DNA from: Vicugna vicugna
Lineage: Eukaryota
Direction: 5' to 3'
Length of the DNA: 64,000 bases
NCBI GenBank assembly: GCA_013265495.1
Contig: MU058065.1
Location: forward strand, 10,023,720 to 10,087,719
Shown here: in pieces, positions 1 through 13,494 of the stretch
How positions within the stretch are numbered: position 1 is the stretch's first letter
Layout: each line of letters begins with the position of its first letter
Position numbers and translations under genes: made by a program
The notes under the pieces: generated by a model
Seen by the model: the letters and a program-made list of their open reading frames with translations, nothing else
Told to the model about the DNA's origin: nothing
Databases searched by the model: none

Positions 1-476
1 AATGGGCTTTGCCTTCTGGGACCATTTGCAGGTGCAGGAAGAGGCACCTGTCTTAGTTTGTGATGTGGTGGCAATTACAGGAGGTGCTCAACCAGATCAA
101 GCATTTCACCGTTGGCTAAAAAACAGAAAACGGTTCAGTGGAACTAAGCGACTCTGGATCTGAATTTTTCTCTCTTTCCAGACATTGAAAATGTTTGTAA
201 TCCATTCTATGCATTTTTACCTCTTTGTCCTATTCTCCTCTCTCCCCTTAGGTATGGTTATTCCTAAAGAGAGAGGGATCAGAGGGGAGTTTCATGAATG
301 CTTACGTTGTCACTGAATGGCAGCCCCCAATTCTCTACTAATATATATACTATTATGAATTACAATATATAAAACACATAATGCAAAATATATGTAATTT
401 ATGCATACTGCTCAACATATATTCAAGACTCATCCAGGAATATATAATTATACAATCGCAAATGAGAAAAGAACTT

Positions 477-652
477 GGGGAGGAAGGTATATCTCAAGGG
501 GTAGAGCACGTGCTTAGCATGCACGAGGTCCTGGATTCAATCTCTAGTATCTTCTCTAAGGAGAAAGAAATAAATAAACCTAATTATCCACCCACCATCC
601 CCCAAAAAAACTGAAAAAAAAAAAAAGAACCAACTAAATTTGAAAAAATTAA
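477..652 (+). mobile_element. tRNA-Ala-derived SINE (camelid Vic-1-like) with A-rich tail
   Basis: Head GGGGAGGAAGGTATATCTCAAGGGGTAGAGCACGTGCTTAGCATGCACGAGGTCCTGGATTCAATC carries A/B boxes and an AGC anticodon arm. A-rich tail. Flanking direct repeat AAAAGAACTTGG at 467-478 and 653-664. Confidence 0.85.
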
Positions 653-1143
653 AAAAGAACTTGGAACATAGATCTTTAAAAGATTTTCCTGACAATGTAT
701 TACCTTCCTATAGAAATTCTCAAAAGGTTTGTCTTAAGACAGGTAAAAATTTGTGAAAGAGGTTGAGAAAGGGGAATGATTTCAAAGTGATGAAATGATT
801 TCTATAAGGAAATTCTTCTACGTTCCCAGCTTAAGGCTTAAGTACCTTCAGTCTACGGGAGGAGACCAGAGCAGTTACGATCGGTAGATCATTCCTCAGG
901 TCTCCATGCACCCTGTCACACGGGGCAGTAGAGAGAATATCGTTAATGAGACTGCAGGGACGGGAGACAAATGGATGGGGTTGGAGCAGTTTCCCAATGT
1001 GTGCACCATGGATTACTAATTCCTTTGCTTTTTCAGTATCTTTAAGAAAAATGTTTCATGATCAGGTGTTCTTTTAAAACACTTTTTAAACAAAACCTAG
1101 CAAGTTTCTTTACTCTAAGGTTTCTCAGTCTTTCATATGTGAC

Positions 1144-1256
1144 CAAGGTGACCACCTGTCCTTGTTTTTGGAGGACTGAGGAGTTTCCTGGGTTGCAGAA
1201 TTTTCCACGCTAAACTGGAAAAGTCTTGGGCAAATTGGAGCAAGTTGGACACCTTA
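1144..1256. mobile_element. MER81-like hAT-Blackjack MITE
   Basis: About 113 bp with degenerate TIRs (AAGGTGACCACCTGTCC...GGAGCAAGTTGGACACCTT). The interior matches the recalled MER81 consensus. Degenerate 8-bp TSD tatgtgac/cctgtgac. Confidence 0.7.
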
Positions 1257-1324
1257 CCTGTGACGCCTCAAAAGAGGTCAAAATACGCTTCATTTCTCAA
1301 TCTCACTCAACTGAATAGCCTTTG

Positions 1325-1426
1325 GCAAAGAGCACTGTGAGGCATTCAAGTTCTACCGAACACACCTCAAAAGTGCAAAGAGCACTGTGAGGCATTCAAG
1401 TTCTACCGAACACACCTCAAAAGTGC
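1325..1426. repeat. Perfect tandem duplication, 50-bp period, 2 copies
   Basis: GCAAAGAGCACTGTGAGGCATTCAAGTTCTACCGAACACACCTCAAAAGT repeated exactly, followed by GC. Confidence 0.97.
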
Positions 1427-3294
1427 TGGGGTAAGGAAAGTGTCAGATCTCCTATTCAGCAGGACGAAGCATTGATTTCAACCTTTGTCTTGTCTGGCAA
1501 GAACAAAATCTATTTTTCCTAATGAAATATCCTCTGGCTACATTAAATGCTATTTTAGATGGGTGAGAAATGTGTGTAGGGTAGAGTTAGGAAGAAAATC
1601 TTTGTCTGGAACACCTTTTTCTCGATTTTCTTCTCAAAACATGCATGGGTTGGAGTATAAAAACTATTGAGGGACAAATGCACTAAATAAGTAAATATTC
1701 TGTGTGTTAATATGGAAAGAAATGTTGATTGGGACCTTATAAAAACCAATAGTACAGCCTACCCAAGCCTGAAGCTGTTTAACATTCTACATTTTTTTGT
1801 TCCTTACTTGGGCACTAAAAATCTCTTTCCCCAAGACATTGAACATCACCGCTTTCTCTTTTCTTCTTCTGACATTTTGCAAGGAAAAGTCCTTTTCTCT
1901 CTCACCAGATTGCTCTCCTAGTTTGTTTCTCCAAACTCTTTTTTATCCCCTATAAATACCTCCTTTTATATCTGAGCACAGCATTACCATATTGCTCCAG
2001 TTTCATTCATGGTGGTGGGGGGAACAGATGAAAAAAAAAAAGAGCAAGGGGGTGTGGGGAAGAGCTGTGACTCAGAGTTGGTGGAAGAAATAGAATCCCT
2101 CTGCAGATTTCTTGAGGAATGACAGCTCATGGCATTTGTGATGCCTACTCTAAGTAAGTCAAGGGCCCTAGTTAGCAGCTACCGGGAGGTGGGAGAGTGG
2201 CCTCCTTGTTCACACATGCATCGATTTATTGCTATTGTAGGAGTGGACATCACTGCTCTGCCAGTTCATTCATCCGTGCATGAATTTCACCAATATTTAT
2301 CTGGCACCTACTACATGCCAGGCACAGTTTTATCAAATTCTGCTGGTTGCATCTTTACTTGCAGTCTGATGACAGCAAAGTGACTTACTTTCAAATTATT
2401 TCCTCTAGAATCTCCACGGCATCATACAAAAGCTCTCCTTTCCCCCTCTACACACTGTTGCGTATTTCATAAGCTGAAAGCTGAGGCTCACGGAGTTCTA
2501 CTTTCTGATTTTATTAAATTAAGAAACTTTCTAGATCTAAGGAACTAATATCCAGTGTTTTATTTTCCAAGTAATATTCTTCTATGCCCAAAGTACATTT
2601 TATGGGGGGTAATCACAGTCATTCCTTGAAAACTCAGAAAAGACAGGCTTTTTTTTTTTCCCCTACTGGGTCAATGTCAAATTAAATGAAGTTACCAAAT
2701 GGATTTCCAAATGATTCTATTCTCTGGCCAAAGTCATTTGGTATTTTAATAAGTAATTTGGATGTGGGATAAAGTATTCACATAGGGTAAAATTACCTCA
2801 ATTACCTACAAACTAACTAGAATCCTAAAATAACTTCAATTTTTTTTCCCTGCACACCACTTTCAGGAGAACGAGGTAAATCACAAATGAACAAGTTGAT
2901 ATACTAGTATCAGATGCCATGCACTTCACAAATAAAGAAAATGCAAAGAAAAAGCCTTTTAGCTTAAGCTTGCAGCCTGTATTTTTGCTTGGCGCTTCCT
3001 AGATTCCTTTGATTTTCTTTAGGTCCTGGATAAGCAGGTGCTTATTTCTGAAGCTGTTTTAGGTTCATAAATATCATCTTCTTGCCTTATTCTTGGTACA
3101 AGGGATCATGCTCTTTTTATTCCCCCAGTCCTCCTCTATTAAGTTAAAATAATTCTACAGTGATTTTAGCACATGAAACTCTTCATGTTTAACTCTTATT
3201 TCAGAATTTCAAATAATTTAAACTATAGCATGCAAATGTGAAGGGAACATTTCAAAATTTAAGCACACTTTTTTGCTGTTAGTGTACAGCCTTA

Positions 3295-3990
3295 GTTCAG
3301 CCCAGCAAATATTCAATGAGATCCTATTAGGAACGTGGCTCTGTGGTCTGCCCTTAGGGAGACTAACAATTAGCTCCAGGCACATATACAAGACGATTAC
3401 TTCAGTGAATCAGACTGGTGATACAAAGTAGAACTGTATTTAGTCCAAATAGATAACTGAAGGAAATCTTCTTGATTTAGTCTTAGAAGATGAGAAATAT
3501 TTAGGCAAAAGCATGGGATGGGTTTCAGGAAGAAGGCAGCATTTGTAAACCAAAGAGGCATGAAATCTGTTGAGGTATCTCAATGAACTCCTCTCAGTGA
3601 AAAGGTACACTGGAGTTGTCAAGTCTGAGGGGAAGATTAATGATGAGGTTGGAGAGGCAGGTACTGGAGCATCTCTGGAGGACTTTGTACCTCCTACTGG
3701 GAAGACTGACTTTTATTTTAAGAATGATGGACAACCATTGTTGGGTTGTAAGCAGGGGAATGATATGCTCAGATAAGTATTTTCTATAAATCATTCTGAC
3801 CATAAGCCAGACAAATTTTAGGACGACAAGACTGGAAGAAGGGAGTCCTGTTAGGATGATTTTTTTCAACGTCATAGACAAGAGATGACTAGGGACTGAA
3901 ATAGGGGATTGGTGAAGGAAGGGTCTGGACACAGAGATCTGAGAACTATTCACAATAGAAAATCCACGTAGCATGCTGATTTATAGGCTT
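3295..3990 (-). mobile_element. Degenerate LINE-2 fragment
   Basis: Purine-rich sequence typical of antisense L2 (e.g. GATGAGGTTGGAGAGGCAGG...CCATTGTTGGGTTGTAAGCAGGGGAATGATATG). Boundaries approximate. Confidence 0.6.
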
Positions 3991-6215
3991 GGACTGGCTT
4001 CATAACTCTGCCACATTCTATTTCAGAGCAGAGCGTGGTGTAAGAGAGCTCCCTCTTGGTGAGTGGCCAGGGGTGTTTCCTGAATCAATGCCTGAATGTG
4101 CTTGGACAGCATGGCCCTCAAAAGCAGTGAGACATGAGATACCAGAATATAACCATTTAATATCATCCTACTCTTTAAGATGCAGTATAATAACTCTACT
4201 ACAAACTCCCTTTTTTCTCTAAACTGCCAGCTGTGTTTCTCTTTAATTATATTTAAAAATAACACCTACTTTCAAAGACAAGCACATTCAAGCTGCTATT
4301 ATGCCTGTCTTTTGAGTAACTGAATAGAATCTTCAACACTGTAAACTCTCCAACCCTTAAGGATTAGATCTCAAACTTCAGCCCAAAGCTTGAAGTGTTC
4401 AGGACAGATGACACTCTATGGCTCAACACCCTTTGCACTAATTTCCCACCACTACCATATAAATCAAGATGTCAGAAACTCTAGTCGCCAAAGGTCATGG
4501 TTTCCTGTTAGTGCTGTGGTCTCTGGAGAGGATAGTCAGTGTATCAAGAATGACTCTCACCCTGATTCTATGCTTACAAGATGATGCAAATTTTCTCAAT
4601 TTAGCCAGGATCAACTATATGAAGAGTACACTAATTTTGTGTAGAAGCTGTAATAGAAATGGGTTCCCTCTTTAACTGATTCCACTAATATGGATTTTTC
4701 TGTTTGTGGCCTTCCCTACCAGAAGATAATGTCAGAACAGTCATCCAGTCACCCAAACTATGGAATTAAGGAATGAGGAAAGCAGCTGGAAAATGAGAGA
4801 GAGTGAGGGATAAGGTTAAGTTTATAAGAAATATATTTATTTAGTATTTTATATTTAAATATTTATATTAAATATTTACTTAATTATGAATAGATCCACT
4901 TTAAATGCTCCATCTGCTGAACAAGTTCTTGGAAGCATCCGTCCAACCTTATCTAAAATCCAGTTAATTCCCCTTTTATTTTTCTCAGAGAGACATCAGC
5001 AAGGAATGCAAAACTAAAATCTCTTCAGAACCAGTTTACTAACTGAAAGTCATTGGAATAATTCTTTTGGTTTGTTTGACTCATTGAGCCAGAATGCTAA
5101 CTATTATTTAAACATATTGTTTTCTATTTATTCTTGAATTTTTTTTTCAAATCCCGAAGCTATAACAAGTGTGTAATTTACCAGAGAAAATGAAATTGCT
5201 CTTTGTTAAGAAAACATTAAAAATCATATGCTGCAATATGTATTGTACATTTAGTACAGTAAAAAAAAGCTATTATTTTCCAACCCAAATTTGAAACAAA
5301 TTCAGTGCAATTTGGCATGCATTGCAGCATGCAGAGAGATTCCTGTGTATTAAACACTGTCTGGTAATACCTGAAATGTTCTGCTTGCTTACAAATATCA
5401 AAACAAGAGAAGCACGTCTTAAATAAAACCCTGAATACAAAAGTACCTTAAGGGTTCAAAAAAAAAAAAATGGATTCGACTACTGCACAACCTTGGATAT
5501 CTATTTAATGAAGGACCATAGACAATGTACCTCAGATGGGTAGCAGACCGGTATATCTAAAATAGGCAAGGAGTACTTTGGAGAATATACCACAAACTCC
5601 TGACCATCAACTCCAGACAAAAGAAGTGTTACCTTTTTTCTTTTAATTACCAAAGTCTGCCCCACCTCCTCCCTTACTTCAACACAATGCATTCTCAACA
5701 GAGGTCTTGTAAAATCACCAGTCGGATCACCACATGCTCTCTGCTCCTGACAGTTGATGGCTCCCAGCTCACTCACAGGAAGACCCGAACCACCCTGGCG
5801 GGTCTGCAGGGTTACCCCCATCTCTTTCTCATCTCCAAGCACCCTCTCACTCACTTCAGTCCAACTAACATCATTGATCTTGGCATACCCCAGTTATGCA
5901 CCTGCTTTAGTGCTTTTGAGTTTGCAGCTCTCCTGCAAAGCCCTTCCCTTGCTTATCAGCAAGCCTTGCTCCTTCATTTCCTTCTTATCTTTGTCCAGGT
6001 TTTCCTGATCCCCCCAAATATATTAGCAACCCCTGCCTTCCCTTATCCCACTTACCCGACCCCCCCACCCCATGCACAGCACTCACCATCTGACAATCTT
6101 TATTTGTCCTTAGTTCTTTGTATACTGCTTGGCTCTTTTCACCAGAAAGATGCTCAACAAAGGCAGGACTTTTGTCTGTTTTGTTCCTTGTTTTACATTT
6201 TACAGATCATTGAGG

Positions 6216-6590
6216 ATGCCGTGGTGCGGCGTTCACATTTCCCCCGTCTCAGCTGCTGCGAATGTTGTAGACAGACAGCTCACAGCCGAGTCCCTCTCCA
6301 GGTCTAGTCTGCAGCCTGGCCCAAAGCAATCCTCCCTTTGGGGGCACCCACATCAGTGGTGACCAATGGTGGAGTGGAGAAGCCCAGCCCCATCAAACCA
6401 GCTAAACACAACTCACAGGGGCCATCCCATACTGAGGCCCTGACATGGCCTCTTTTAACTGTACTAGCTCTCCCTCTGCCCAGTCCCACACTCTTCCTCC
6501 CTCAGACACCCATCCTGAGAGCACTGCTCAGTGAGCTTTGACTGTACCAATCTCAACCTCAGAGTCTACTTTCTGGGGAACCCTGCAAGG
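6216..6590 (+). mobile_element. ERVL LTR (LTR16-like)
   Basis: Motifs CAGCTGCTGCGAATGTTG...GACAGCTCACAGC and a 3' end CTCAGAGTCTACTTTCTGGGGAACCC resemble the recalled LTR16 family. Confidence 0.6.
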
Positions 6591-9500
6591 GTCACAGCTG
6601 AGGAAACTAGACACAGATTGTGTAAGTAACCCGACACAGTGGTGGAGCCTGGACCACAGCCACAGGGTCCAGGGCCAGAGCCTGTGTTTTTAACTACTAC
6701 TCTCTGTTGCTACTCACACAACAGGATTCTTTTTCCCCAAGATTAAAGTCTATTAAACACCTTAGAGTGAATACCCAGAAAAGGCATGGGGTTAGGGATG
6801 GGAGACCAAGGGGGAAGTTAGTAGATGAGAAGAACTGGCAAACCAATATGGACTGATGGTTACCTTAGATTACAGACCACAACAAAAACCCATAGGGGTC
6901 TGAGTACTACGTTGAATGGAACAGATGATTTCAAAAGTAAAAGTGAGAGTGGGAAGGGGGTAAGATGATGGGAAAATGAAATCTCCTATGATTGTTGATA
7001 GGACAGATGATTTGCAGAAATCACAGAATGTGGGGTCTGTCTGATACAGTTGTTGCAAACAGCTACTGCAAGAGGTAGGGTAAGCTTGTAGGCTACAGTT
7101 TCTTTCTTGAAATTCAAGGAGTGGCTTGGTTACCATGTGTACTGTTGCTAGCATTGTGGGTGAAATGCTATGTATTTTCTGATCATCATCCACATGTCCA
7201 AAGGCTGCCATTGTGATTAAATAAGTTAATGTTATGATAGTGCTTTTTCTAAACCATAGAGTGTTTTGCAAATAATTATAACTGAGTTAGGCATCCTTAC
7301 AGATTTATCTAGTTCATGCTCTGACATCAAGCAGAACAATAATAAAATCTTCCCATCTATTTTAAAAGAATCTCTTTCTAAAAAGTTCAAATCCCCTTGG
7401 AAAAACTTTGCAATGCTTAGCGTTCTGAAGAAAATTCTTCCTTGTAAGTGTACTGAGTCCCTCCCATTTCTTTTTTGAATTTTTATGGGGGCAATATGCC
7501 CGCCATTGTAGTTTTAAGAATTATTTACTGTTCTGAATTTTTTAAAACTTATTCCTTATTTCTTATCTATCTTACAGAACTGCAGTTCTTCTGGTATCAA
7601 CACTGTGAAGACTTCACTCCTCTTGAGGTGCAGAGCTAGCTATCTCCTCTAAATACGGAAAACTGTGATTGGGTATGTAGACTTGTTAGCATTGTCTCTG
7701 CATCAGTACTGTAAACCATGGACTTAAAAATCACTAATTAAAAGACCCATATTTCTAATCAAACCCTTCGAAGAAACTGTATTCTCAGAGTAAATGGGAA
7801 TAAAGAGCAAAGGTAATATAAATTCTTTTCATTTCAGTTTTAATTTTTTGGAGTCTGAAGTTCTTTGCCTTAGTTTATTATAATCATCTTTTCCTTTCAG
7901 CAGATGTTACTCTCCTTTACTGATAAAATAAATGAATCTCCAAAGAGCTTGAGAGTAAAATCACATAGGCATCATTCAAGTCAATTAAAAATCTAGAATA
8001 CAAATCTCCTGATTCATAATCTAAAGCCATGTGTTTCACACTGCATACACTGATTACATTTATTTTCCTAGATGTGGTTTAAAAAACAAAACAAAACATA
8101 TGAGTGATTTAGAAAAAAAGTTTGTAGTATCCATTTCACATCAAGCAATCTTCTCTGGAAATTCAGTCAATTATTACTATTTTACAGGGAAAAAAAGTTA
8201 TTTTCATTTTTAAGATGGTAGTCATGTGTGAAAACAAAGTACAGCCATGTTGGTAACAAAGGCTCCATTCTCCTCTCTTCACTTTCCATCATTCTCATTT
8301 TGTTCCCTCCTTCTGTTTGCTGTTTGTGTTGCTCTAATTTCATTACCCATTGTCTTCATTCACCCTACCTCTATTTCATTACTCCATCGCACTATTGTTT
8401 CTCTCTGAAGTACAGAGAAAGCAAAATGGATTCATTCCACCCTTTGAAGACCTGAGAAAGATTTCGATTGTGGTTCAGATGTCTATAAACTCATGTCCAG
8501 CCAGAGCAGCAGCTCGTGTAGGACAGCAAAAGCAAAGAGAGTTTCTGTTTTCTCCCCGTATGTATTGCCCTGGAAGAATCTCAGACCTTTCATACATGGT
8601 AGAATTCTTTACTGAATCAGTATTTCAGCTGAAGGTGCTTATAACTGATGCCTGTCAGACTTTGGCTATAATGTGTACTCAATGGAGAAACTACACAGTG
8701 AGGCATAGTGTGCTGGCAAGAACTTGACCGTGACAGTAAGGTGGAGAAGGTGCGGATGGAAGTCAGAAAAGGAAATGGAAGAAAAAGTTACTTAGTCTTA
8801 TATAAGAATATTTTATGGAATGAATATTCAGCTCCCTGTAATTTATAGTATATTTAACATTTTATTTCTACAGGGGATTATTTTTCTTTTGATGATTAGA
8901 ACCATAATTTTCTCATTGTGTGCTAAGAAAAGAATTTACATGTAAATCTCCTTGAGTGTAAAGAACTGTGTCATATTCAGCTTTATAGCTCCAGAAACCT
9001 TGCCACAGTCCCCAGGTTATATTAGGCTTTTTCAATTCAACTGAATTTCTGAATATCATTAAATCCACATTAGAAACATAAGAAATTTTTAAAAATAATT
9101 TTTAAGTGCTCAAATTTGTTACAATACTGTTTCTAGTTTTTAGCAATCCACATAATCAGAAACAGTCTAGGGTCTATGATTTGTGGCAACATAAATATTT
9201 CTTGTTCTATCCAAAGTATATACGAAATAAATATCTTAATTATAGACATCCAAGTGACAGCATACAAAGATAATTTGCACAGGACAATTTTGCATTAAAT
9301 GAAAACATACCATAACTGATTTTTTGCATTAAAGTCATCATAATAACAATTACCTGGATTACTAAAATAAAAATCAGACTTTCTTTATACAAATAATAGA
9401 TGTAAATTTAATTTGATTTGTTGCTATACAATTTGACATTATTCCCTTAATTAAAGAGATTAATTATTAAAGAATTCTCTTAAAACTGTGTAATTATATA

Positions 9501-12500
9501 AGTTGTATAAATAGGCCCAGTGCTTCATTTTATCTCATGAATTAAAAATATACCCATTGTATCTATGCTGTGTATCTTAGAGACATTTTATTTCTATAGA
9601 CATTATCATACAACTTCCCATAAGTTGTTATTAAAATTTAATTGTGGATTCTTCCAGACTTTTAGCAGGATAATATATTTATGATAATTTTAATAGTTAA
9701 AATACAGTTTTTATTTTACCGGACATATATTTTGTCTTTAGGAACCTATCAAAAGTCTAGTTAATCCAGAAATATTATTAAGAATAATGGAAAATATTCA
9801 TGGCCTTGTCTTTATAGTATGACTGAAAGACGCTGAAAGAAAAGCAGGTGTTACAAATTATCCCGTAACCACCCACACACCCTTAGATTTTGAGAGGAGG
9901 CTCCTTTAATACCTTTTTTCTTACTGCAGTATTTGTTGCTTAAGGAAGTCTGTGGCTGGATAAGATGTTATTATCCCTCCTACACACACCCATTTTTCTT
10001 ATTTACAGCATTAAATCTTCATATACATAAGTACTTGAAACACCAACCCATTCCTTTTTACTACTTTCTGAAATTCTTTGGAATTTGGTCTATACAGTAC
10101 CATGTATTTTATCACCTCCCTATCAGACACATATATAGTTAATTACAGTTTATCCTGAATTTTTTTTTCAGGTGGGAGTCTATCCAAAAGGTTATTTGAT
10201 GTAGATACCTTTCCAACTAAACATTTTTGTTTGGAAACAAAAAGGATTCCATAAACAGCCAGTCTTACGTTCTGAACTAATAATATAAAATTATTCTTTG
10301 TATTAATGAATTTTCTCAAACACAAAAAAAAAGAGGACTGAGTCACTGAAGTGGGAAAAGCCAACCTTTAAGATTTGTATGCAGTATTTTTCCTTATTAC
10401 TCTACAAATTACCCTGACGAATGAATGCAGTACATTTTGCAAACCATGGGGAAGACATGGTAAACATGTTTTACTAAATAATGTTAGTCTTTTGAATTGT
10501 TTCATCTGAATAAATAGATCAATAGTTAAAGATTTTAAAACTCTCTATAAAATGGGTACTAACAAGTTAATATAAATTTTATGAAACCTTTAGATCCATT
10601 TTATATTGTAGTAAAAATGTTCCCACAAGTGTGGTAAATGACAGATATGCTCTTGTGAAAATGAATTAAACAAATTATTTTTCAAATAATCAGGCCTAAT
10701 TTTCAATGCTAAGGCAACATTCATTCATTTAAAAACATAAGACAATCTGAAAAAAGTAAAAATTGATGTATTTCTAAAGTGATTTTGGATTTGGATATTT
10801 ATGATACCATTTTTGATAGTCACACATATAAGTGTTTTGTAAATAATACTGTTCACTTCGCTATTCAGATCAACGCACTCCATTTGGGAATTATATTAAC
10901 TTTTGTTAAAGGAAATTAGAAAAATAACCATTAACCATCCAAAGTGCTTGCAAAGAGGCCCCCATTATTAACTAAATACACGTTATTGAGAATATATCCC
11001 ATAGAGACCAGTCAGAACAATCACGAGCTGGGCTTGTTGGATTAACAAGCCAAACGCAGGTAATTGAGTCACTTCTGGTTAATTCAAAGGAAACTGATTC
11101 TGGCTCCTCTGATATCTTGGTAATAGGAACTCTGTCAGAATATAGAGCAAGTCCATCTTCTGTATAGCAGAGGTAGCAAGTCAAATATATTTTACGTCCA
11201 ATCCAATGGATATGGGAATTGGAATGTGCAACTCACTCTAAGTTTTCAGGTTCTAGTTATTCAGCTTTTTTGTCATTTTATGTTAGAGTAATAAAACTAC
11301 AGAAAAGTAAAACCATTAGTATTTCATAGAAAAGTAACACAAAGACTAGAAAATAATTGATTTAGTAAAAACAAAACAGAAACACTGTCTCTGTCTTTAA
11401 AAAAAATTATGCAGCTAAGACTAAATACTTATTTACCACAACTTTCAGAGCAACAATTCTTTAAAAGAAATTCAACTGAGAATTAAATGTGTTATTTGCT
11501 TTTTTCTCCTCAAAGCAGTTATCTCTTAAGAGGTGGTTTTTTTTTCTCTCTCTCTATGTTATGATAAAGCACTTATAATTGAAAGGAAGGGTAAAAATAA
11601 AAAAGGAGAAAAAATTAAGGAAAGTAATTTCCAACCAATATATAAAATTTAACTTACAAATATCATATTCACGAGATTAAAATGATTTCCCCCCCAAATT
11701 CCCTTGTTCAGATCATAGGATAACATAGTGAACCTACAATTTCAATATAAAATGCAACAAAGAAGGAGGTTGATTATACCATCAATCGTATGTGCTAATT
11801 AGAGTGAATGAAAACTTGAAACTAGAGTCTGAAACATACACCACAACTTATTATGAAAAAAAATGAAGAAATGATTTATGATATGAAGAGAAGACTCAAT
11901 TAGAAAAAGTATACTGTGATGCTTTAACAAAAGGGCAACGGGGATATTCTGTGTTTTGTTTTTAAAGATGTTAAAAATTAAGACTTGTTACATGAAAAGT
12001 AGAACAGTTGAGATAACACGATACCTGTCCAATTAAGTAGTCTACACATAAAACTAAGGAGCTGGGAAATGTACAAAATTTTGTAGTTCTTTCTAAAAGC
12101 AACATTTAAGAAATTGATTAATTTCTTAATATTCCAGTGGTGAAATATTTACTCAAGGAACTCTCTTTTTTTTCCCTTTCTTTTTCTCCTTAAGATTTAA
12201 TTTGTCCTAGAAGCTCCTTTTTTCAAAACTTCTAGGAAGCTTTCTTAGGAATATTACATTAATCAGCTAGAGAAAAAGATTAACTTCATAGAAGTAGTAA
12301 AAGACTGTCTTAACATCAGATGACTGTCCAATGCCAAATGACATGGAAATACATTTCATACTCTAACAGTACTGAACCTTGAGTCCTGTTCAGTTTTAGT
12401 CTTTGTGTTAAAAAAAAAAAAAGTGCTCCAATATGCTGCTCTAATTGTAGTCTCTGGGTATTACTTATGAACTAGTTAAGCCTTTCATTACATAAGGCGA

Positions 12501-13408
12501 CTTGAGAAATCTTTAAAGTGTTGCCCAACCAGATAAAGTGAGCAGTACAGATCTGACTTTCCTGAATCCAGCGACTTCTCTTCCTTGTCTTTTATCAAAT
12601 TCTTCATTTGAAAACTAAAATTACTTGGAAACATACATTTAGTCACTTTATACAACTTAAGCAAGGCCTTGAGAGAAAATGTTTGTTTTTATTCATTCTC
12701 TTTTCATTATCCTTGCTGAAATTATATCTAGTTGCTTTTTTTTTTTTCTTGTGTATAAAGGTAGCATTTTGTTTGGATTTCATTTAGAAAAGCATTTTGG
12801 GAAATTTACAATGAAGGTTCAATCCAGAAATAATTTCTTACTTGGCAGTAAGTATATCAGATCAAATTTTGAAAGCTTCTGCCTGTCTCTTATATGTTTC
12901 TTTAAACACATAACTAAATCATGAAAACATGTATCTTATTTTAGTGAAAATAGCTAGAGATTAATTTAAGCAAAGAAATCAAAGATACTATCTTATTTTC
13001 ACTGGCTCAAAGTTTATCTTTTTTACTTTTCTTTTATAAACTAGAGCTCCTTCAGTTTCAAACTATTAATTTAATAATTATTACCTTGTTTACATGATAG
13101 TTATGTATGTGTTAATACCAATACCTTGTAATTATATATTTAAAAAACCCAATAGTTTTCTCGTGAGTTTTCTGCCCCGCCACAAATGTTTGGAGGCTTC
13201 TGTTAGGAAGTTTTGACGTGCATTTTTATCTTGAAGTTAACTCAAATGCAAACATAAACAGGAAGATCAGATGGAAATGGAGTTAAGTATGATTCATAAA
13301 TCTATCAAGTAATTTACATGGCATACACATTTACTTAATAAAGAGAATGGTACTTTTGTTTTGTTTTGTTTTCCTTTTCCTAAAATGCAAAATATGAATT
13401 TGTCTCAG

Positions 13409-13494
13409 TTATCTGTGATGGCAAATACGTAAGTAAATATCCAGAGATAATAGCCACATGTAAGTCTTCAAATATATAAAAAGGCAACTCCTAC
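13409..13494 (-). CDS. TMEFF2: Intron-4 read-through C-terminal tail of a putative short secreted TMEFF2 isoform (TMEFF2-S-like)
   Basis: The frame stays open past the exon 4 donor: (G)RSCLFIYLKTYMWLLSLDIYLRICHHR*, TAA at 13411-13409. It resembles the human short-isoform tail as I recall it (GRSCLFTYLKIYWW...). Expression in this species cannot be shown from sequence. Confidence 0.5.

Noticed and set aside
477..556. Possible tRNA-Ala gene
   Set aside because: Degenerate stems, an A-rich tail and a target-site duplication identify it as a SINE.
1325..1426. CRISPR-like or functional repeat array
   Set aside because: Two abutting copies with no spacers, in a mammalian intron.
5687..6307. Longest ORF in the track (206 aa, + strand)
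   Set aside because: No recognisable domain, antisense within intron 4, and it runs through L2-like and LTR16-like relics. Consistent with a chance ORF.
1..13400. TMEFF2 exon 5 or later exons
   Set aside because: I saw no sequence encoding the second follistatin, EGF or transmembrane regions, so intron 4 extends beyond the window.
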